Source of the DNA: Candidatus Magasanikiibacteriota bacterium
GTDB taxonomy: Bacteria > Patescibacteriota > Patescibacteriia > Magasanikbacterales > GWA2-37-8
Direction: 5' to 3'
Length of the DNA stretch: 49,773 nucleotides
NCBI GenBank assembly: GCA_046590235.1
Contig: JBKJTY010000021.1
Coordinates: forward strand, 1-49,773
Shown: piece by piece, positions 45,867 to 49,773 of the stretch
Layout of the letters: each line of letters starts with the position of its first letter
Position numbering within the stretch: the first letter of the stretch is position 1
Made by a program: the position numbers and the translations under genes
Notes under the pieces: generated by a model
What the model saw: the letters and a program-made list of their open reading frames with translations, nothing else
Told to the model about the DNA's origin: nothing
Databases searched by the model: none

Positions 45867-45897
45867 AAAAAAGCACTCATTACTGAGTGCTTTTTTT
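45867..45897 (-). terminator. Terminator after recA
   Basis: aaaaaagcactca...tgagtgctttttt. Confidence 0.75.
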
Positions 45898-45899
45898 AT

Positions 45900-46985
45900 T
45901 TATTCTTGTGGAGGAGTTTCATCATCTCCGCCGACCGGTACATCACCAGCTGGAGGCTCTTCTTCAGGTGGAAGATCGGCTCGTTTAGAGATTTCCATAA
46001 CCTGTTTACGAATCTTATCAAGTGTTTTTGGGTTATCGCGCAAGTATTTTTTGGCTGCTTCGCGGCCAACACCAAGTTTTTCTTCGCCGTAGAGATAGGA
46101 GTTACCTTTCTTATCAACGACACGATAAACTGTTGCGGTGTCGAGTGTATCACCAGAGATAGAGATACCTTCGTTATACATAATATCGAATTCAGTTGTA
46201 CGGAATGGGGCAGCGACCTTGTTCTTCACGATTTTAACCTTCACGCGGTTACCAATAATTTTATCGCCCTGCTTGATTTGAGCGGCGCGGCGGATTTCGA
46301 TGCGAACGGAAGAGTAAAACTTGAGCGCTACACCACCGGTAGTTGTTTCTGGGTTACCAAAAACGATACCGATCTTCATGCGTGTCTGGTTAATGAAGAG
46401 AACAATGGTTTTTGACTTGCTAACAATAGCGGTGAGTTTACGTAATGCTTGGCTCATGAGACGAGCTTGTAAGCCCATGTGTGAATCACCCATTTCGCCT
46501 TCAATTTCAGCTTTAGGAACGAGAGCAGCGACAGAGTCGATAACCACGATGTCGACAGCATTGGAACGAACTAATGTTTCTACGATTTCAAGTGCTTGTT
46601 CACCAGTATCTGGCTGGGAGATGAGCAATTCATCAACATGCACACCAATTTTCTTAGCATAATCCGGGTCAAGCGCGTGTTCAGCGTCAACATAGGCAGC
46701 GATACCGCCAAGTTTTTGGATTTCAGCTACGATATGTTGAGCGAGGGTAGTTTTACCACTGGCTTCTGGACCGTAGACTTCAATCACACGTCCGCGCGGT
46801 ACGCCGCCAACGCCGAGAGCGATGTCCAAAGACAAACAACCGGTGGTTACTGCGTCTACTTCCATAGCTTTAGCTTCACCAAACTTCATGATTGCACCAT
46901 CACCGAAACGACTTTTTATTTGATCGATAGCGCTTTCAGCGGCTTTCAATCGATGTTTAACCTCCTCAGAGACCTGCTTGGCCAT
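45900..46985 (-). CDS. recA: Recombinase A
   Basis: [47 protein letters not shown]. Confidence 0.98.
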   Translation of the reverse strand: MAKQVSEEVKHRLKAAESAIDQIKSRFGDGAIMKFGEAKAMEVDAVTTGCLSLDIALGVGGVPRGRVIEVYGPEASGKTTLAQHIVAEIQKLGGIAAYVDAEHALDPDYAKKIGVHVDELLISQPDTGEQALEIVETLVRSNAVDIVVIDSVAALVPKAEIEGEMGDSHMGLQARLMSQALRKLTAIVSKSKTIVLFINQTRMKIGIVFGNPETTTGGVALKFYSSVRIEIRRAAQIKQGDKIIGNRVKVKIVKNKVAAPFRTTEFDIMYNEGISISGDTLDTATVYRVVDKKGNSYLYGEEKLGVGREAAKKYLRDNPKTLDKIRKQVMEISKRADLPPEEEPPAGDVPVGGDDETPPQE

Positions 46986-47056
46986 ACAATTTCTGTTGCT
47001 ACAGTTTTAGTGAATAAACAGTACGCTATCAGACCAGACTTCAAGAAATAATAAAA

Positions 47057-47752
47057 CTATTTCAAACTAATCAGATCTTCGGTAACGTTTTGCTTAACCA
47101 CTAAATGGCGGACAATTGTCGTTGTTTTCCCATGTTTTTTGATAGCTTCAATGGTAATAGTATTAAGGCCGGTTGATAACCCCACTTTAGCTTCAAATTT
47201 ACCTTGTTCGTTAACAACAATTTCCTTACCGTTTACGGTTAGTTTAGTTTCTTTTTGCGTTTCGCCGGTAATAGTTGCTTCAGGTTTGTCATACACCACA
47301 CCTTCTTGCGGGGAGTAGAGGACTAACTTCGGCGGTTCAAGCACCCCCTTGACCTGCCAGATTAAATAAAAGGCAAATAAGGCTGCTGAACCGGCCATCA
47401 AAGTGTTGCGGACAAAGATGGAGATAGAAGCAAACGGAAAAAGTCTGATCGCTTGGTAGGGATGGATAGTTGGAGAATCATCTAAACCATCTTCGCAGTG
47501 GAGTTGTGAAGCGCAGACAGCAGGTGAGAGGCCTACCTGTGAAGCGTATTCTTTTATATACGCTAAACGATGTGCTTTTGCTTTAGGCAACACGTGATAG
47601 TCGTTTCGTTCGATAGCTTCCAAGTACTTGAGCGGAATACGAGTTTTGTCGGCAACCTGCTCTAAGCGCAAGCCGAGTGATTCTCGTTTCTGCTTTAGTT
47701 GGTCTCCGAGACGAATTGCAGCATCAATTTTCTTATAGCAAAAGATGGACAT
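47057..47752 (-). CDS. RodZ-like HTH membrane protein with Ig-like C-terminus
   Basis: LGDQLKQKRE..G..LEQVA..TRI..KYLEAIE, one TM, GLNTITIEA; lies between ftsK and recA. Confidence 0.8.
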   Translation of the reverse strand: MSIFCYKKIDAAIRLGDQLKQKRESLGLRLEQVADKTRIPLKYLEAIERNDYHVLPKAKAHRLAYIKEYASQVGLSPAVCASQLHCEDGLDDSPTIHPYQAIRLFPFASISIFVRNTLMAGSAALFAFYLIWQVKGVLEPPKLVLYSPQEGVVYDKPEATITGETQKETKLTVNGKEIVVNEQGKFEAKVGLSTGLNTITIEAIKKHGKTTTIVRHLVVKQNVTEDLISLK

Positions 47753-47759
47753 ATGTATT

Positions 47760-47834
47760 TGTCATTCCCGCGAAGGCGGGAATCTAGGATACCAACGTAC
47801 CGTGTCCTGGATTCCCGCCTTCGCGGGAATGACA
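47760..47834. repeat. REP/REPIN-like palindromic element (GTCATTCCCGCGAAGGCGGGAATC)
   Basis: tgtcattcccgcgaaggcgggaatc and its exact inverted copy gattcccgccttcgcgggaatgaca. Core fits ATTCCC-N8-GGGAAT. Confidence 0.85.
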
Positions 47835-47839
47835 CTGTG

Positions 47840-49771
47840 TTACGTTTCTACCTCTTCCTCGGCTGTTTCTTTTTGTGGAGCGTCAAGCACAGTTCCGCCC
47901 GCATCCATGGTTTGCTCATCCTCATCCATTTCTTCTTCAGCGCGTAAATGTTCAGTGAAAACATCACGAGGTTTAGCTCCATCGGCTGGACCTACTATAC
48001 CAGCTTCCTCCATCTCGTCAAGGAGACGTGCTGCACGAGCGTAACCAACTTTCATGCGGCGCTGCAACAATGATGCTGAAGCTTTTCCAGATTCCAAAAC
48101 AACGCGTTTTGCTTCATCAAATAATGGGTCCTGGTCGTCCCCGCCGTTGAACATATTCATTTGTGTGCCGCCCGTAGCGCCAGCATTTTTAGAAACAATT
48201 GAGTCATCATACACTGGAGGTTCGTCACCCTTTAGGAAGTTTATAACCTCTTTCATTTCTTCTTCGGAGACGTAAGCACCTTGTAAACGTTTTGGTTTAG
48301 AAAGATCGGAGGTTAAATACAACATATCACCACGGCCAAGCAATTTTTCCGCGCCACCACAATCAAGAATAGTGCGTGAGTCCGTTAGGGAAGCTACTGA
48401 GAAGGCGATGCGGCCAGGGATGTTGGCTTTCATCAAGCCGGTAATAACATCTACACTAGGACGCTGTGTGGCGACAATTAGGTGAATGCCAACAGCGCGC
48501 GCCATCTGTGCTAAACGAATGATGCCAGCTTCTACTTCAGAAGCGGCGGTTGCCATTAAGTCGGCAAGTTCATCCACGATAAAGACAATGTATGGCAATT
48601 TTTCAGTCGCGGTTTTATTATATGAACCAATATCCCGTTTGCCGACCGCAGCCAAGACATCAAAGCGGCGTTCCATTTCGCCGATTGTCCATTTGAGTGC
48701 ATTAACTGTTTTTATAGCATCGGTAATAACCGGTGTAAGCAAGTGCGGGATGCCGTTAAACATAGTCAGCTCAACGCGTTTAGGGTCGACCATGATAAAG
48801 CGTAATGTTTCAGGAGTATTCTGGTAAAGCAAGCTTAAAATGATCGTGTTCATACAGACGGTCTTACCAGAACCAGTCGTACCTGCCACCAATAAGTGCG
48901 GCATCTTTGGTAAATCAGCCATGTACACATTGCCCGCCACATCTTTACCAACACCAATCTGCATGTTGTGCTCACGAGTCTTAAATTGTGGTGATTCCAA
49001 TAATTCACGAAGCGACACCATAGCAACTTTCTGGTTTGGTACTTCAATACCAACCAGTGATTGGCCAGGGATAGGAGCTTCAATGCGAAGGGGATGTGCT
49101 GCAAGCGCAAGTGCGATATCGTTAGATAGGGCGGTGATGCGGGTTAATTTAACACCCTTCTGTGGTTTGAAAGAATATTGAGTAACTGTTGGGCCAACGC
49201 GAACTTCGCCCATATCAACTTCGATACCAAAGTTATGCAATGTATCGCGAATGGTTTCAGCGTTGCCTTTAATATCACCCGAGGTTGGCTTGCTCTTATT
49301 TTGTTGTAATAATTCAACCGACGGCATTTTATAATTCATCACTTTAGGGATGATTGGCATGGTTTTTTCTTTTGGCTCAATAACCGGTGTCTCTTCTTCG
49401 TCCTTTTGAACCTCTTTTTTCTTCACGATAGTACGGTGTTGAAATACAGGTGCGTCTTCATCCTCATCAGCTTCCACAGTTTCATTTTCTTCCTCGCCAC
49501 CTTCGGCTTCATTGCCAGCAGCGTATTCACCTTTAATTTTGAATTCAACTTTTTCTTCACCCTTCTTAAACGAGCCAAAGAAAGCGATAATTTTTCTGCC
49601 TACCCAACCAAGGGCCATGAAAAATGCTTTGTGCATGGCAACAATCTGCGCTAGTGAAGTATTAAATATAAAAATTACTGATACTAAGAGTAGGCCTGCT
49701 AAGATTATTGTTGTTCCCCAGTAATTAACATAGGTGATGCCCGGCCACGCCAAGGCTAAACCGACAAAACC
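47840..49771 (-). CDS. ftsK: DNA translocase FtsK/SpoIIIE (5'-truncated by window edge)
   Basis: MPHLLVAGTTGSGKT, VDELADLM, ATQRPSVDVITG, GAEKLLGRGDML, gamma domain SLLQRRMKVGYARAARL. Frame open to the window end. Confidence 0.97.
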   Translation of the reverse strand, partial: GFVGLALAWPGITYVNYWGTTIILAGLLLVSVIFIFNTSLAQIVAMHKAFFMALGWVGRKIIAFFGSFKKGEEKVEFKIKGEYAAGNEAEGGEEENETVEADEDEDAPVFQHRTIVKKKEVQKDEEETPVIEPKEKTMPIIPKVMNYKMPSVELLQQNKSKPTSGDIKGNAETIRDTLHNFGIEVDMGEVRVGPTVTQYSFKPQKGVKLTRITALSNDIALALAAHPLRIEAPIPGQSLVGIEVPNQKVAMVSLRELLESPQFKTREHNMQIGVGKDVAGNVYMADLPKMPHLLVAGTTGSGKTVCMNTIILSLLYQNTPETLRFIMVDPKRVELTMFNGIPHLLTPVITDAIKTVNALKWTIGEMERRFDVLAAVGKRDIGSYNKTATEKLPYIVFIVDELADLMATAASEVEAGIIRLAQMARAVGIHLIVATQRPSVDVITGLMKANIPGRIAFSVASLTDSRTILDCGGAEKLLGRGDMLYLTSDLSKPKRLQGAYVSEEEMKEVINFLKGDEPPVYDDSIVSKNAGATGGTQMNMFNGGDDQDPLFDEAKRVVLESGKASASLLQRRMKVGYARAARLLDEMEEAGIVGPADGAKPRDVFTEHLRAEEEMDEDEQTMDAGGTVLDAPQKETAEEEVET

Positions 49772-49773
49772 AC

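Noticed and set aside
46986-47040. LexA/SOS box upstream of recA (and umuD)
   Set aside because: Only half-sites (e.g. tactgtttattc on the minus strand). No complete CTGT-N8-ACAG or GAAC-N4-GTTC shared by both promoters.
45906-47051. Plus-strand ORFs antisense to recA (and similar ones opposite ftsK, pilB, ligD and the anti-sigma gene)
   Set aside because: Antisense shadows of well-supported genes, with no independent motifs.
1-49773. CRISPR array, cas genes, rRNA, integrase or transposase
   Set aside because: I saw no regularly spaced direct repeats with unique spacers, and no ORF with recognisable motifs for these.

Overview
Ordinary chromosomal segment of a small-genome bacterium. I infer Patescibacteria/CPR (Parcubacteria-like) from the gene content, the AT-rich and mostly SD-less start contexts, a pilBCMNO locus with no secretin in the window, and an S6 with a long tail. 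The code appears to be standard code 11. Core genes: ychF, pilB-pilC-pilM-pilN-pilO, rpsF-ssb-rpsR, epmA-efp, tdk, mscL, dsbA x2-VKOR-ribE, recA, a rodZ-like gene, partial ftsK and four tRNAs. A stress/repair block at about 19.4-34.9 kb holds umuDC converging on ku-ligD (NHEJ), yibE/F, zur-znuACB, msrBA, a cupin and a small KGG protein. There are also two large Cys-containing surface proteins. Best unexplained signals: (1) a candidate ~72-nt sRNA whose promoter spacer contains the same TGCAAC-N3-GTTGCA palindrome found at the zur-znuACB promoter; (2) a GC-rich stand-alone RNA polymerase alpha-CTD-like gene; (3) a ~120-nt rod-like RNA ahead of a 44-aa membrane peptide; (4) four orphan genes sharing an SD / 3' GC-hairpin / terminator layout; (5) a ~195-bp tRNA-fMet-linked element; (6) a family of GTCAT...ATGAC REP-like palindromes. 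I saw no CRISPR array, rRNA, integrase or transposase. All calls are by eye, with no database search.
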